DNA of 63,208 nucleotides, filler included, from Folioceros fuciformis (GCA_049999805.1; 33 parts of 33 records of this genome joined end to end with filler, not necessarily neighbours in it), one strand, 5' to 3'; shown: positions 9,411 through 22,978, counted from the first letter of the whole stretch. A program made the numbers and translations. Notes: a model not told the origin generated them from the sequence alone.

Positions 9411-10542
9411 TCGTTGTAGTATAGTGGTTCAAGTAAGGAGTTTGGACTCTATAGCCCCTAGGGTTCAACTACGACCGGGANNNNNNNNNNCCGCAACCCC
9501 TGCCTCTAGCCCGAGCTAGGGTACAGCCTCCATGACCGTTCAGGCCAGCCAGGCAATCAGCCAGCCAGACGTAAGATCATGACCCCTGACACTGACATAC
9601 CCCACATATTCCCGTTCCTATGTTCAGACCATTATTTTTTATTTTATATATTCTATTATTATTTAATCATTTAATATTATATATCTTTAATTAATATTAA
9701 ACTAATCACCAGACCTAGACTCAAACTTTCCCAACCCTATGGCCCGGTACCGGACCTAAACTTTCCCAGGTCTGGGATCAGACCTGTACCCACTTTAATA
9801 ACCAAACCAACTATTTCCTAGTCAATTAACCTAATTGGTAGAAAGCAAAATAGGAAAAATGACCAGAAAATGAAAAAAAGGAAAAAGAAGTAGAAAAAGA
9901 AAACCAAACCATACCACTATTAATCCTTTTTCAACCAAAACATACTACTATCCCAAACTTTGGAGGTTCACATGTGTACTTGTACACACCTAAAAAACAC
10001 CATCTACGAACACCAACCTCGTTGTAGTATACTGGTTCAAATATAGAATTTGGACCTTGCAACCTTGGGGTTCAACTACGACCCGGGTTCAAATACCGAG
10101 ACTTACTTGCTTTTATGAAGCATCATCATATTGTGCAATAGCTAATTTTTTTTACTTGTGTTTAAACCTAAATAAAAGATAAGTGCACATCTAGGAAACA
10201 CCAACGGCGAACAACAACCTAAACAACAAATAAGTGCACATCTAGAAAACACCAATGGCAAACAACAACCTAAACAACAAATAAGTGCACAACTAGAAAA
10301 CACCAATGGCGAACAACAACCTAAACAACAGATAAGTGCACATCTAGAAAACACCAATGGTGAACAACAACCTCGTTGTAGTATAGTGGTTCAAGTAAGG
10401 AGTTTGGACTCTATAGCCCCTAGGGTTCAACTACGACCGGGANNNNNNNNNNNNNNNNNNNNNNNNNNNNNNNNNNNNNNNNNNNNTTAATTAATTAANN
10501 NNNNNNNNNNNNNNNNNNNNNNNNNNNNNNNNNNNNNNNNNN

Positions 10543-10962
10543 AGTGTGGAGTTGGTGTGCTGAGGTGAGGAGCTTAGGTGCTAAAGTTCTCAATCAGCTG
10601 TTAAGGTGGCTAGCATTTAGGGTTGAGAGTGGAGGCCAAGGCTAGGGATGGAACCTCCTCTCAGTTGCTGAGGCGGCTGATACTTGGAGCTGTAAGTGGG
10701 AGCTGAAGATGATGGTGGAGTCCTCATTCAGCTCGAGCTGTAGTTGGCGTTGAAGACAAGGCTAAGGATTATGATCTTTTTTGCTGTAGTGAGGCTAGGG
10801 CTAGGAGCCGGCTGATAGATAGGGTTAGATTAGGGCAGTGTGGAAGATTGTAGAAAACCTTGACACTAGTTCACTCCCTTGGGAGCGAATCATAGTACTG
10901 CAACGATAATAAGGGGATGTGTGGTCCTTTGGTGGTTCTTGGGTGCAAGAAATCAATCCACA
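10543..10962 (+). mobile_element. 3' end of a Gypsy LTR (3' LTR or solo LTR) followed by AT-rich flank; duplicate 11360-11779
   Basis: Homologous to about 18930-19259 and ends ...TCCACA, but is not followed by a PBS. Confidence 0.8.
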
Positions 10963-13900
10963 ATATCAATACTAAATATTTATACAAATACAACGAGTTT
11001 ATTTGTCATGTTAGTATTTTGTTGCTGCACAATCTTTATTAAGCTACTAATGTTCAATGCTCAATGCTCTTATACATAGAGTATAGAGTGTAAGTCTTTT
11101 TTTTTGAGTTTTACTCTAATTGAGTTGGTTCTTATTTTAAGTTAAATGAGATCTTCCATCTTATTTTCAATAAATTTTATGTTCTCTACTACATCACCCA
11201 TGAATTGTTGAAATGACTCTTATTAGTTATTAGTATATTGCCTATATCAACTAGGGCTAGGTACGTTTTATAATTTTAATTCCTATATAGGTGCACCTTG
11301 TAAAAGAGTGCACCCATTGATGATAGTTATACCCCTGATTTGTTAGTAGNNNNNNNNNNAGTGTGGAGTTGGTGTGCTGAGGTGAGGAGCTTAGGTGCTA
11401 AAGTTCTCAATCAGCTGTTAAGGTGGCTAGCATTTAGGGTTGAGAGTGGAGGCCAAGGCTAGGGATGGAACCTCCTCTCAGTTGCTGAGGCGGCTGATAC
11501 TTGGAGCTGTAAGTGGGAGCTGAAGATGATGGTGGAGTCCTCATTCAGCTCGAGCTGTAGTTGGCGTTGAAGACAAGGCTAAGGATTATGATCTTTTTTG
11601 CTGTAGTGAGGCTAGGGCTAGGAGCCGGCTGATAGATAGGGTTAGATTAGGGCAGTGTGGAAGATTGTAGAAAACCTTGACACTAGTTCACTCCCTTGGG
11701 AGCGAATCATAGTACTGCAACGATAATAAGGGGATGTGTGGTCCTTTGGTGGTTCTTGGGTGCAAGAAATCAATCCACAATATCAATACTAAATATTTAT
11801 ACAAATACAACGAGTTTATTTGTCATGTTAGTATTTTGTTGCTGCACAATCTTTATTAAGCTACTAATGTTCAATGCTCAATGCTCTTATACATAGAGTA
11901 TAGAGTGTAAGTCTTTTTTTTTGAGTTTTACTCTAATTGAGTTGGTTCTTATTTTAAGTTAAATGAGATCTTCCATCTTATTTTCAATAAATTTTATGTT
12001 CTCTACTACATCACCCATGAATTGTTGAAATGACTCTTATTAGTTATTAGTATATTGCCTATATCAACTAGGGCTAGGTACGTTTTATAATTTTAATTCC
12101 TATATAGGTGCACCTTGTAAAAGAGTGCACCCATTGATGATAGTTATACCCCTGATTTGTTAGTAGNNNNNNNNNNNNNNNNNNNNNNNNNNNNNNNNNN
12201 NNNNNNNNNNTTAATTAATTAANNNNNNNNNNNNNNNNNNNNNNNNNNNNNNNNNNNNNNNNNNNNCCAGTGCCCCTCCCTCTCCTGTTCGCTCCTCCTT
12301 CGCCATCCCGCTCCCTCCTCTTAGCCCCTAATCTAATGTTTTAGGTACCGTATACGTATCCCCCCTCCTCTTATATTGTATATAGTTTAGATACGTATTT
12401 AATACATATTGATACATATACCATATACGTATCCCCATATTTCTCTTTTTTTTCCTAATTTCCCCTTTTTTTATTTTCATCCCTATTTTTCTGGATTTAA
12501 TTCCAGAAAATCCAATTCAACTCTGTTTCACCTGCTTTCTTCTCCTCCTAGTTCGGGGCCTATTCCAGCACCCCAGGGTCAGTCTTCCATGGCCAAGGAA
12601 CCATTTTGGCTGGAAGCTGATTCCGCTGAATAAGGTACTGTTTTCAGGCCCGGTTCCAGCTGCTGATCCCACTCCTTCCCACCTCTTCTCTATCTTTCCC
12701 ATTGTTCATGCTCCTCCCCTAGAAGCTGGCTCAGCCAAAAAAAAAAAAAAATTGCAAGGGAAGACTTAGCGGGCGGCCATCCAGCAAAGAAGAGGCGGCG
12801 TCCGAAAATCTTTGAAGATCAGACATCCTCCGAAGTCTCAGGATAGTCTAAGACGTGGTAGATCCTTGTGGTGGTAGGGCCAGCTCATTGGTGGCAGGAT
12901 GTGCTAGAAGTCTAAATAAGAGCTCTTGGAGGTACTCTCTTCATGAGCTCTTGTGGTCTGTCCCCGCTTGGTTTAGGACCTGCAATGTGTTGCCGGCTAT
13001 GCAATGTCTGGTAGGATCGCAAGCCGCGTGTTGCCGGTTATACAGTGTCTGGTAGGATCACAAGGTGTAATGACTAGGGTGAAGGGGCTTGCCTCTAGCT
13101 CTTGATTGTAAAGGATGTGTCTTTCTCTNNNNNNNNNNCCAGTGCCCCTCCCTCTCCTGTTCGCTCCTCCTTCGCCATCCCGCTCCCTCCTCTTAGCCCC
13201 TAATCTAATGTTTTAGGTACCGTATACGTATCCCCCCTCCTCTTATATTGTATATAGTTTAGATACGTATTTAATACATATTGATACATATACCATATAC
13301 GTATCCCCATATTTCTCTTTTTTTTCCTAATTTCCCCTTTTTTTATTTTCATCCCTATTTTTCTGGATTTAATTCCAGAAAATCCAATTCAACTCTGTTT
13401 CACCTGCTTTCTTCTCCTCCTAGTTCGGGGCCTATTCCAGCACCCCAGGGTCAGTCTTCCATGGCCAAGGAACCATTTTGGCTGGAAGCTGATTCCGCTG
13501 AATAAGGTACTGTTTTCAGGCCCGGTTCCAGCTGCTGATCCCACTCCTTCCCACCTCTTCTCTATCTTTCCCATTGTTCATGCTCCTCCCCTAGAAGCTG
13601 GCTCAGCCAAAAAAAAAAAAAAATTGCAAGGGAAGACTTAGCGGGCGGCCATCCAGCAAAGAAGAGGCGGCGTCCGAAAATCTTTGAAGATCAGACATCC
13701 TCCGAAGTCTCAGGATAGTCTAAGACGTGGTAGATCCTTGTGGTGGTAGGGCCAGCTCATTGGTGGCAGGATGTGCTAGAAGTCTAAATAAGAGCTCTTG
13801 GAGGTACTCTCTTCATGAGCTCTTGTGGTCTGTCCCCGCTTGGTTTAGGACCTGCAATGTGTTGCCGGCTATGCAATGTCTGGTAGGATCGCAAGCCGCG

Positions 13901-14100
13901 TGTTGCCGGTTATACAGTGTCTGGTAGGATCACAAGGTGTAATGACTAGGGTGAAGGGGCTTGCCTCTAGCTCTTGATTGTAAAGGATGTGTCTTTCTCT
14001 NNNNNNNNNNNNNNNNNNNNNNNNNNNNNNNNNNNNNNNNNNNNTTAATTAATTAANNNNNNNNNNNNNNNNNNNNNNNNNNNNNNNNNNNNNNNNNNNN

Positions 14101-14860
14101 GATCAGCGGGCAGCGAGGGGGGGGAAGAATAGGAGGACTGGCTGCGAGGCGAGGAAGAGAGGATGGGAGGGGAAAATGGGAGGGGAAGGGGCTAGACCAG
14201 CCCGTGGCGAGGGGAGATGGCAGCGGGGTTGGGGAAAATGGGCAGGAGAGCAAGCCAAATCTAGCAGCCCCACAGGGTAGGAGGGGGATGGGAAAAGAAA
14301 TCGGGAAGAAGACGGAGGCAAGCCTAGCCCTGCATCAGCCGAATCCTTCAGCTTGTCTCAGCCTCCTCTCCTGCACACATGTGATCCCATCACCCGTCGA
14401 TCCCTCCTCCTGCCTGCAATCTGGTTCCAAAGAAGAAGAGGCACAGAAGATGGGAAGGGAGATGAGAGGGAAGGGGAAGAAGAAGAAGAGGGGGCAAGAA
14501 GGGAATGGAGAAGGAAGGGAGAAAGGGGGAAAAGGGATGGGGACGGCCGCAACCCCTGCCTCTAGCTCTAGCTAGGGCATGGCCTCCATGGCCGTTCATG
14601 CCCGCCGAGCAATCAGCCAGCCTATCGTCAAACCCTGACCCCTAACACTGACATACCAAGATACCTGTTCCTATGTTCAAACCCTTATTTTATTAGTTTA
14701 TTATTTAATATTATTATACTATTATTTAACCATTTAATATTATGTCTTTAATTAATATTAAACTAATCACCAGACCTAGACTCAAACTTTCAAACTTTTC
14801 CAACCCTATGGCCTGGTACCGAACCTAAACCTTCCCAGGTCTGGGACCAAACCTATACCC
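14101..14860. mobile_element. More internal portion of family A repeat; duplicate 14871-15630
   Basis: 14385-14860 aligns by eye with 14-428; extends the family about 290 nt further inward. Confidence 0.75.
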
Positions 14861-15730
14861 NNNNNNNNNNGATCAGCGGGCAGCGAGGGGGGGGAAGAAT
14901 AGGAGGACTGGCTGCGAGGCGAGGAAGAGAGGATGGGAGGGGAAAATGGGAGGGGAAGGGGCTAGACCAGCCCGTGGCGAGGGGAGATGGCAGCGGGGTT
15001 GGGGAAAATGGGCAGGAGAGCAAGCCAAATCTAGCAGCCCCACAGGGTAGGAGGGGGATGGGAAAAGAAATCGGGAAGAAGACGGAGGCAAGCCTAGCCC
15101 TGCATCAGCCGAATCCTTCAGCTTGTCTCAGCCTCCTCTCCTGCACACATGTGATCCCATCACCCGTCGATCCCTCCTCCTGCCTGCAATCTGGTTCCAA
15201 AGAAGAAGAGGCACAGAAGATGGGAAGGGAGATGAGAGGGAAGGGGAAGAAGAAGAAGAGGGGGCAAGAAGGGAATGGAGAAGGAAGGGAGAAAGGGGGA
15301 AAAGGGATGGGGACGGCCGCAACCCCTGCCTCTAGCTCTAGCTAGGGCATGGCCTCCATGGCCGTTCATGCCCGCCGAGCAATCAGCCAGCCTATCGTCA
15401 AACCCTGACCCCTAACACTGACATACCAAGATACCTGTTCCTATGTTCAAACCCTTATTTTATTAGTTTATTATTTAATATTATTATACTATTATTTAAC
15501 CATTTAATATTATGTCTTTAATTAATATTAAACTAATCACCAGACCTAGACTCAAACTTTCAAACTTTTCCAACCCTATGGCCTGGTACCGAACCTAAAC
15601 CTTCCCAGGTCTGGGACCAAACCTATACCCNNNNNNNNNNNNNNNNNNNNNNNNNNNNNNNNNNNNNNNNNNNNTTAATTAATTAANNNNNNNNNNNNNN
15701 NNNNNNNNNNNNNNNNNNNNNNNNNNNNNN

Positions 15731-16428
15731 TCAGCATCCTCCCCTCTTCTCTTGTCTCCAAACTTCACGTATTGCTGTCGACTGTGAATAGGAGCAGCCA
15801 TCCTTGCAGCAACTCCTCCACCCACTTGGCTGATACTTGACGTAGGAAGTACAGCCCCTACTGAAACCACTACGGGGGGTGACAATGGAACAATGGCCAG
15901 CAAGGGGGCTGACTGACCAACAACAAGTGACTGCAAGCTATCCAGCAATGATACCACGACTAAAGTATCACCTAGAGTTGACTGCACAACACTCGGCTGT
16001 AACACAGACTCCCTCTCAACACGACCGACTCGCTGGCTATAAGACTCCTTCCTGCAAACAGATGTAATACCAACCTCCTGGATGTCACGCTCTCCAGCAA
16101 TCGACCCTTCAGATTCGTGCTCTCCACTTAACCAAGGCAGCTCCTCCTGCACAAGGGTGCTAGCCTTAGGGGTCTAGCTACTCTCTCCTCTCAGCAAATT
16201 CCTCCTTGTCGCACGCAGATCCCTTGGTGAAGGGATTACAACTGCTCTCCCTCTACCGGTTCTGCGATCACCTCTTCCACCAGACATCTACAGGACAACT
16301 TAGACTCTCCATCCGATCAGCAAAAGAAACTCCCAAGCCGCTCCCCGGCAACGGCGCCAAAAATGTGGAGGCAAAACCCCAGGCACTGATTGCCGACGGG
16401 TTCCACCTTTAGTGGCCACACTTATCCC
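15731..16428 (-). mobile_element. Gypsy element: LTR end (16364-16428), tRNA-Asp PBS (16341-16359), leader and gag start; duplicate 16439-17136
   Basis: TGGCGCCGTTGCCGGGGAG after ...CCACA; HSRQQYVKFGDKRRGEDA matches HSRQQYTKFG of the element at 2071-6348. Confidence 0.85.
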
Positions 16429-17236
16429 NNNNNNNNNNTCAGCATCCTCCCCTCTTCTCTTGTCTCCAAACTTCACGTATTGCTGTCGACTGTGAATAGG
16501 AGCAGCCATCCTTGCAGCAACTCCTCCACCCACTTGGCTGATACTTGACGTAGGAAGTACAGCCCCTACTGAAACCACTACGGGGGGTGACAATGGAACA
16601 ATGGCCAGCAAGGGGGCTGACTGACCAACAACAAGTGACTGCAAGCTATCCAGCAATGATACCACGACTAAAGTATCACCTAGAGTTGACTGCACAACAC
16701 TCGGCTGTAACACAGACTCCCTCTCAACACGACCGACTCGCTGGCTATAAGACTCCTTCCTGCAAACAGATGTAATACCAACCTCCTGGATGTCACGCTC
16801 TCCAGCAATCGACCCTTCAGATTCGTGCTCTCCACTTAACCAAGGCAGCTCCTCCTGCACAAGGGTGCTAGCCTTAGGGGTCTAGCTACTCTCTCCTCTC
16901 AGCAAATTCCTCCTTGTCGCACGCAGATCCCTTGGTGAAGGGATTACAACTGCTCTCCCTCTACCGGTTCTGCGATCACCTCTTCCACCAGACATCTACA
17001 GGACAACTTAGACTCTCCATCCGATCAGCAAAAGAAACTCCCAAGCCGCTCCCCGGCAACGGCGCCAAAAATGTGGAGGCAAAACCCCAGGCACTGATTG
17101 CCGACGGGTTCCACCTTTAGTGGCCACACTTATCCCNNNNNNNNNNNNNNNNNNNNNNNNNNNNNNNNNNNNNNNNNNNNTTAATTAATTAANNNNNNNN
17201 NNNNNNNNNNNNNNNNNNNNNNNNNNNNNNNNNNNN

Positions 17237-17944
17237 CCTCCACCATGCTCCTCTAGTGATCCTACAAGTGGTATCAGAGCAGGTTGTGGAGCAGGTTGTG
17301 GAGCAAGACCATGAAGATGGCCATCTAGGAGGGGGAGGGGCGCCACGCAGGTGCCACCTCGATGCCATGCAGGCGCCACTTAGGCGCCATGTGAGAGCCA
17401 CTTGGGCGCCATGTGAGAGCCACTTGGGCGCCACATCAGCGCCATACGGGCACCACCTAGGCGCCATCACCACGCGGGCGCCACCCAAGCGACCCTTGGG
17501 CGCCATGCGGGCTCCACCTGGGCGCCATCAGAGCGCCATGCAGGCGCCACTTGGGCACCACTTAGGCGCCACGCAGGTGCCACCTATGCGCCACTTGGAC
17601 GCCACCTAGGCACCACCGGGCACCACGTGGGCGCCCGTGATGCGCGAAACGAGCGTGCCAGTGAAACGAGGACCTGATTGACGAGCGCCGGAAAGTGAAC
17701 AAATCGCAGACACCGGGAGCGAGAGTGTGGGCGCCGTATTGACCCCGGCTGAGGAAGTCAGGATCTGTAAGTTGTGAGGGTAACTTGTAGAATCTAAATT
17801 TCATTTCGACCAATTTCAAACTAGCCTTTTGGTTGATTTGGATCGATTTTGAAGCATGACGTCCTCAGAAAATGTCATGTTCAATATCGAGAAGTTAGAT
17901 GGTACTAACTTCCCGTTCTGGAAAGAACAAGTGTATAATGTTCT
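17237..17944 (+). mobile_element. Ty1/Copia element: LTR end, tRNA-Met PBS (17269-17280), repetitive leader, gag start at 17856; duplicate 17955-18662
   Basis: TGGTATCAGAGC; MTSSENVMFNIEKLDGTNFPFWKEQVYNVL is the typical Copia gag N-terminal KLDGxNxxxWK motif. Confidence 0.88.
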
Positions 17945-18762
17945 NNNNNNNNNNCCTCCACCATGCTCCTCTAGTGATCCTACAAGTGGTATCAGAGCAG
18001 GTTGTGGAGCAGGTTGTGGAGCAAGACCATGAAGATGGCCATCTAGGAGGGGGAGGGGCGCCACGCAGGTGCCACCTCGATGCCATGCAGGCGCCACTTA
18101 GGCGCCATGTGAGAGCCACTTGGGCGCCATGTGAGAGCCACTTGGGCGCCACATCAGCGCCATACGGGCACCACCTAGGCGCCATCACCACGCGGGCGCC
18201 ACCCAAGCGACCCTTGGGCGCCATGCGGGCTCCACCTGGGCGCCATCAGAGCGCCATGCAGGCGCCACTTGGGCACCACTTAGGCGCCACGCAGGTGCCA
18301 CCTATGCGCCACTTGGACGCCACCTAGGCACCACCGGGCACCACGTGGGCGCCCGTGATGCGCGAAACGAGCGTGCCAGTGAAACGAGGACCTGATTGAC
18401 GAGCGCCGGAAAGTGAACAAATCGCAGACACCGGGAGCGAGAGTGTGGGCGCCGTATTGACCCCGGCTGAGGAAGTCAGGATCTGTAAGTTGTGAGGGTA
18501 ACTTGTAGAATCTAAATTTCATTTCGACCAATTTCAAACTAGCCTTTTGGTTGATTTGGATCGATTTTGAAGCATGACGTCCTCAGAAAATGTCATGTTC
18601 AATATCGAGAAGTTAGATGGTACTAACTTCCCGTTCTGGAAAGAACAAGTGTATAATGTTCTNNNNNNNNNNNNNNNNNNNNNNNNNNNNNNNNNNNNNN
18701 NNNNNNTTAATTAATTAANNNNNNNNNNNNNNNNNNNNNNNNNNNNNNNNNNNNNNNNNNNN

Positions 18763-19731
18763 GTCCCTAAGGGGTTTCCAAGGCAACGGATTGCAGGGCT
18801 GTGAGCCGAGGGGGCCATCCAATCTAGGTCTGCACATCCCTGCCTCAAGGACTGCAAGTGAGGGGCTACTGTGTACAAAATCTAGGAGTGAGACGTGACG
18901 GCGAAGAATTGAAGAGTTGGAGTGCTGGAGTAGAGAGTTGTTGTGCTGAGGGCTGGAACCTCCTCTCAACTGCTAAGGCAGCTAATACCCGGAGCTAGGA
19001 GTGGGGGATGAAGATGCTGCTGAGTCTTCATTCAATTGGGGTTGTAGTTGGTGTTGAAGACATGATTCTTATCTTTTTGCTGTAGTGTGGTTAGGTCTAG
19101 GAGCTGGCTAATAGATAGAACTAGATGAGGGCAGGGTGGGAAAAATTGTAGGAAATCTTGACACTAGTTCACTCCCTTGGGAGCGAATCTTAGTACTGCG
19201 ACGATAATAAGGGGGAAGTGTGGCCCTTGGTGGTTCTTGGGGGCAAGATCCATTCCACATTTTGGCGCCGTTGCCGGGGAGTGACATTGCTGTCAAGGTT
19301 GGAGAGGACTGACCTGGATAGGGGACTGTACAAGGGAGTGTGGCAAGGCTGATGAATGCCCCGTATAGGTGCTGAAGATTTCAACTCCAGCTGTGAAGGG
19401 GGAGCTCAAGCTCAAGCAAGGAGGCAGCAGCAAGCATTTGAGCGTGGGCAAAGAGCAGTAGGCATACACCAGCAAGGAGGAGGAGAGGGGCAATCAACCA
19501 GCCGGCCGTGGGGGATTCAGTCACGTTGGGGCAAGACCCCCAACTTTTTGCTGCGGGGGAGGGGCTTAAGAGTGTAGGAGCTGAAGGATTCAACCACATC
19601 AGCCAAATTCCAGGGACTGGAGTTGCTGAAACTGCAACTGCAGGGGGAAGTACAAGCACCATGGCGACACCAGCTGTTGCAATGTCCACCAAGCAGCCGT
19701 ACCCCTTGTATGGGGAGAAGAAGGGGTATGA
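18763..19731 (+). mobile_element. Gypsy element: 5' LTR (to 19259), tRNA-Asp PBS (19263-19281), leader and probable gag start; duplicate 19742-20710
   Basis: ...TTCCACA-TTT-TGGCGCCGTTGCCGGGGAG; KQPYPLYGEKKGY resembles RQQYTKFGDKKRS of the other Gypsy gags. Confidence 0.85.
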
Positions 19732-22468
19732 NNNNNNNNNNGTCCCTAAGGGGTTTCCAAGGCAACGGATTGCAGGGCTGTGAGCCGAGGGGGCCATCCA
19801 ATCTAGGTCTGCACATCCCTGCCTCAAGGACTGCAAGTGAGGGGCTACTGTGTACAAAATCTAGGAGTGAGACGTGACGGCGAAGAATTGAAGAGTTGGA
19901 GTGCTGGAGTAGAGAGTTGTTGTGCTGAGGGCTGGAACCTCCTCTCAACTGCTAAGGCAGCTAATACCCGGAGCTAGGAGTGGGGGATGAAGATGCTGCT
20001 GAGTCTTCATTCAATTGGGGTTGTAGTTGGTGTTGAAGACATGATTCTTATCTTTTTGCTGTAGTGTGGTTAGGTCTAGGAGCTGGCTAATAGATAGAAC
20101 TAGATGAGGGCAGGGTGGGAAAAATTGTAGGAAATCTTGACACTAGTTCACTCCCTTGGGAGCGAATCTTAGTACTGCGACGATAATAAGGGGGAAGTGT
20201 GGCCCTTGGTGGTTCTTGGGGGCAAGATCCATTCCACATTTTGGCGCCGTTGCCGGGGAGTGACATTGCTGTCAAGGTTGGAGAGGACTGACCTGGATAG
20301 GGGACTGTACAAGGGAGTGTGGCAAGGCTGATGAATGCCCCGTATAGGTGCTGAAGATTTCAACTCCAGCTGTGAAGGGGGAGCTCAAGCTCAAGCAAGG
20401 AGGCAGCAGCAAGCATTTGAGCGTGGGCAAAGAGCAGTAGGCATACACCAGCAAGGAGGAGGAGAGGGGCAATCAACCAGCCGGCCGTGGGGGATTCAGT
20501 CACGTTGGGGCAAGACCCCCAACTTTTTGCTGCGGGGGAGGGGCTTAAGAGTGTAGGAGCTGAAGGATTCAACCACATCAGCCAAATTCCAGGGACTGGA
20601 GTTGCTGAAACTGCAACTGCAGGGGGAAGTACAAGCACCATGGCGACACCAGCTGTTGCAATGTCCACCAAGCAGCCGTACCCCTTGTATGGGGAGAAGA
20701 AGGGGTATGANNNNNNNNNNNNNNNNNNNNNNNNNNNNNNNNNNNNNNNNNNNNTTAATTAATTAANNNNNNNNNNNNNNNNNNNNNNNNNNNNNNNNNN
20801 NNNNNNNNNNGTGGCAGAAGGTAGACCCAACCACAACAGGTGCCAAATCAGCGGCTGCTGTGGAGGGGTCAACCAGGCCGGGCCATGGCGACTTTGGAGC
20901 TAGCCGTTGGTGGCCGATCCAGGCCGGTGTAGGCCGGGAATGGGCAGCCAGCGTGGGTCGGTGGAAGGTGCGGGGCTGCATGTGGTGCAGTCGGTTTCAT
21001 GGTTCTTGCGGAAAGCTGCAGCCTGTTTTCTATGCTCGCTATGGGGGAAAGAGCTGGACCATGGCGAGAAGCACCAGGCAGTGGCGGCGCTGGATCCGCC
21101 GGCCTGGCTGGCCGATCTAAAGCAAGCCAAGCTGCTGCACGTGAACAAGGTAGGCCGGATCGGGGACACACGTGCCTGGCGGGGGCAGACCATGCAGGTT
21201 GAATAGATCGGTGGCTGGAGGCAGGCTGAGACGCGAGGCTGGGGTGGATCAGCCAGGAGGGGTGACAACATCCGGGCGCGGCCAGGCAGCAATAAGACGT
21301 GGGCTGATCCAGCTCGGTGTGGTTTAGACGGGCAGGCGAGCTGCTGAAGCGCGGGCTAAAGCCGAGTTGGGCAACTGGATTGGTCGGAGTCGAGGGGAAG
21401 GCGTTGGCGGTCGGGGTCGGGTCCTGAAGCTAGTCAGGCAACCCGGGCTCTCGTGAAGCGATCAGTCGGGTTGGCTGTAGCAGCTCGGGGTCGGAACCAG
21501 GCCGAGTAGGCACCGGATCTGGCCAGGAGTGAGCTAGGGAAGTTGGTGGCTGGTGAAACGGCTAGCCACGGCTGGAGCCAGGCANNNNNNNNNNGTGGCA
21601 GAAGGTAGACCCAACCACAACAGGTGCCAAATCAGCGGCTGCTGTGGAGGGGTCAACCAGGCCGGGCCATGGCGACTTTGGAGCTAGCCGTTGGTGGCCG
21701 ATCCAGGCCGGTGTAGGCCGGGAATGGGCAGCCAGCGTGGGTCGGTGGAAGGTGCGGGGCTGCATGTGGTGCAGTCGGTTTCATGGTTCTTGCGGAAAGC
21801 TGCAGCCTGTTTTCTATGCTCGCTATGGGGGAAAGAGCTGGACCATGGCGAGAAGCACCAGGCAGTGGCGGCGCTGGATCCGCCGGCCTGGCTGGCCGAT
21901 CTAAAGCAAGCCAAGCTGCTGCACGTGAACAAGGTAGGCCGGATCGGGGACACACGTGCCTGGCGGGGGCAGACCATGCAGGTTGAATAGATCGGTGGCT
22001 GGAGGCAGGCTGAGACGCGAGGCTGGGGTGGATCAGCCAGGAGGGGTGACAACATCCGGGCGCGGCCAGGCAGCAATAAGACGTGGGCTGATCCAGCTCG
22101 GTGTGGTTTAGACGGGCAGGCGAGCTGCTGAAGCGCGGGCTAAAGCCGAGTTGGGCAACTGGATTGGTCGGAGTCGAGGGGAAGGCGTTGGCGGTCGGGG
22201 TCGGGTCCTGAAGCTAGTCAGGCAACCCGGGCTCTCGTGAAGCGATCAGTCGGGTTGGCTGTAGCAGCTCGGGGTCGGAACCAGGCCGAGTAGGCACCGG
22301 ATCTGGCCAGGAGTGAGCTAGGGAAGTTGGTGGCTGGTGAAACGGCTAGCCACGGCTGGAGCCAGGCANNNNNNNNNNNNNNNNNNNNNNNNNNNNNNNN
22401 NNNNNNNNNNNNTTAATTAATTAANNNNNNNNNNNNNNNNNNNNNNNNNNNNNNNNNNNNNNNNNNNN

Positions 22469-22529
22469 TACCACTATTAACCCTTTTTCAACCAAAACAA
22501 ACTACTACCCCAAACTTTGGAGGTTCACA
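22469..22529. mobile_element. Family A terminus inserted into a Gypsy gag; duplicate 23270-23330
   Basis: ...GGAGGTTCACA directly abuts codons for (T)YQVQAVT of gag. Confidence 0.8.
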
Positions 22530-22978
22530 CCTACCAAGTTCAAGCTGTGACAGGAGGGAGACCGCCCCAGTCGATGTGACCTACCTACCAACCAGCTGCA
22601 CCTCTTGCCATGAGGTATGGGAACCGGCCCAGTTCACCAGGGCCATGGAGACCAGATTCATTGCAACGACCTCTCTCGGTGCCAGCAGGATGTTGCTATA
22701 ACTGCGGGGTACCCGGACATTATGCAGGTGATTGTACTGAGCCTCGGCAGCAAATGGGATATGTTCCCTTCTGCCAAGTCTGCAAGGAATTGGGACATAA
22801 GGTTGGGGATGCACGATGTAGTGGTGTCAATCGAACAGTCCCTACGAGACCAAGGGTCCGTTTTGCGGAGCCACCAGTAGACACACAACCCGCTAAAATA
22901 GAGACGACCATCACGGTCACATCCACTCCAGTCCTTATGGTGGAGATGGAGACATTGGGGACCTTAAGCCTTCGGTAG
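22530..22978 (+). pseudogene. gag: Gypsy gag zinc-knuckle region, paralog of about 3890-4303; duplicate 23331-23779
   Basis: SVPAGCCYNCGVPGHYAGDCTEPRQQMGYVPFCQVCKELGHKVGDARCSG, nearly identical to the minus-strand copy. Confidence 0.88.

Noticed and set aside
12267-13128. Junction of two LTR-like sequences near 12753, with a 41-bp tandem duplication
   Set aside because: No PBS, PPT or homolog in the window to support the assignment.
20811-21584. Multiple overlapping ORFs
   Set aside because: GC-rich sequence with no recognisable motif; possibly TE-internal, but no homology seen in this window.
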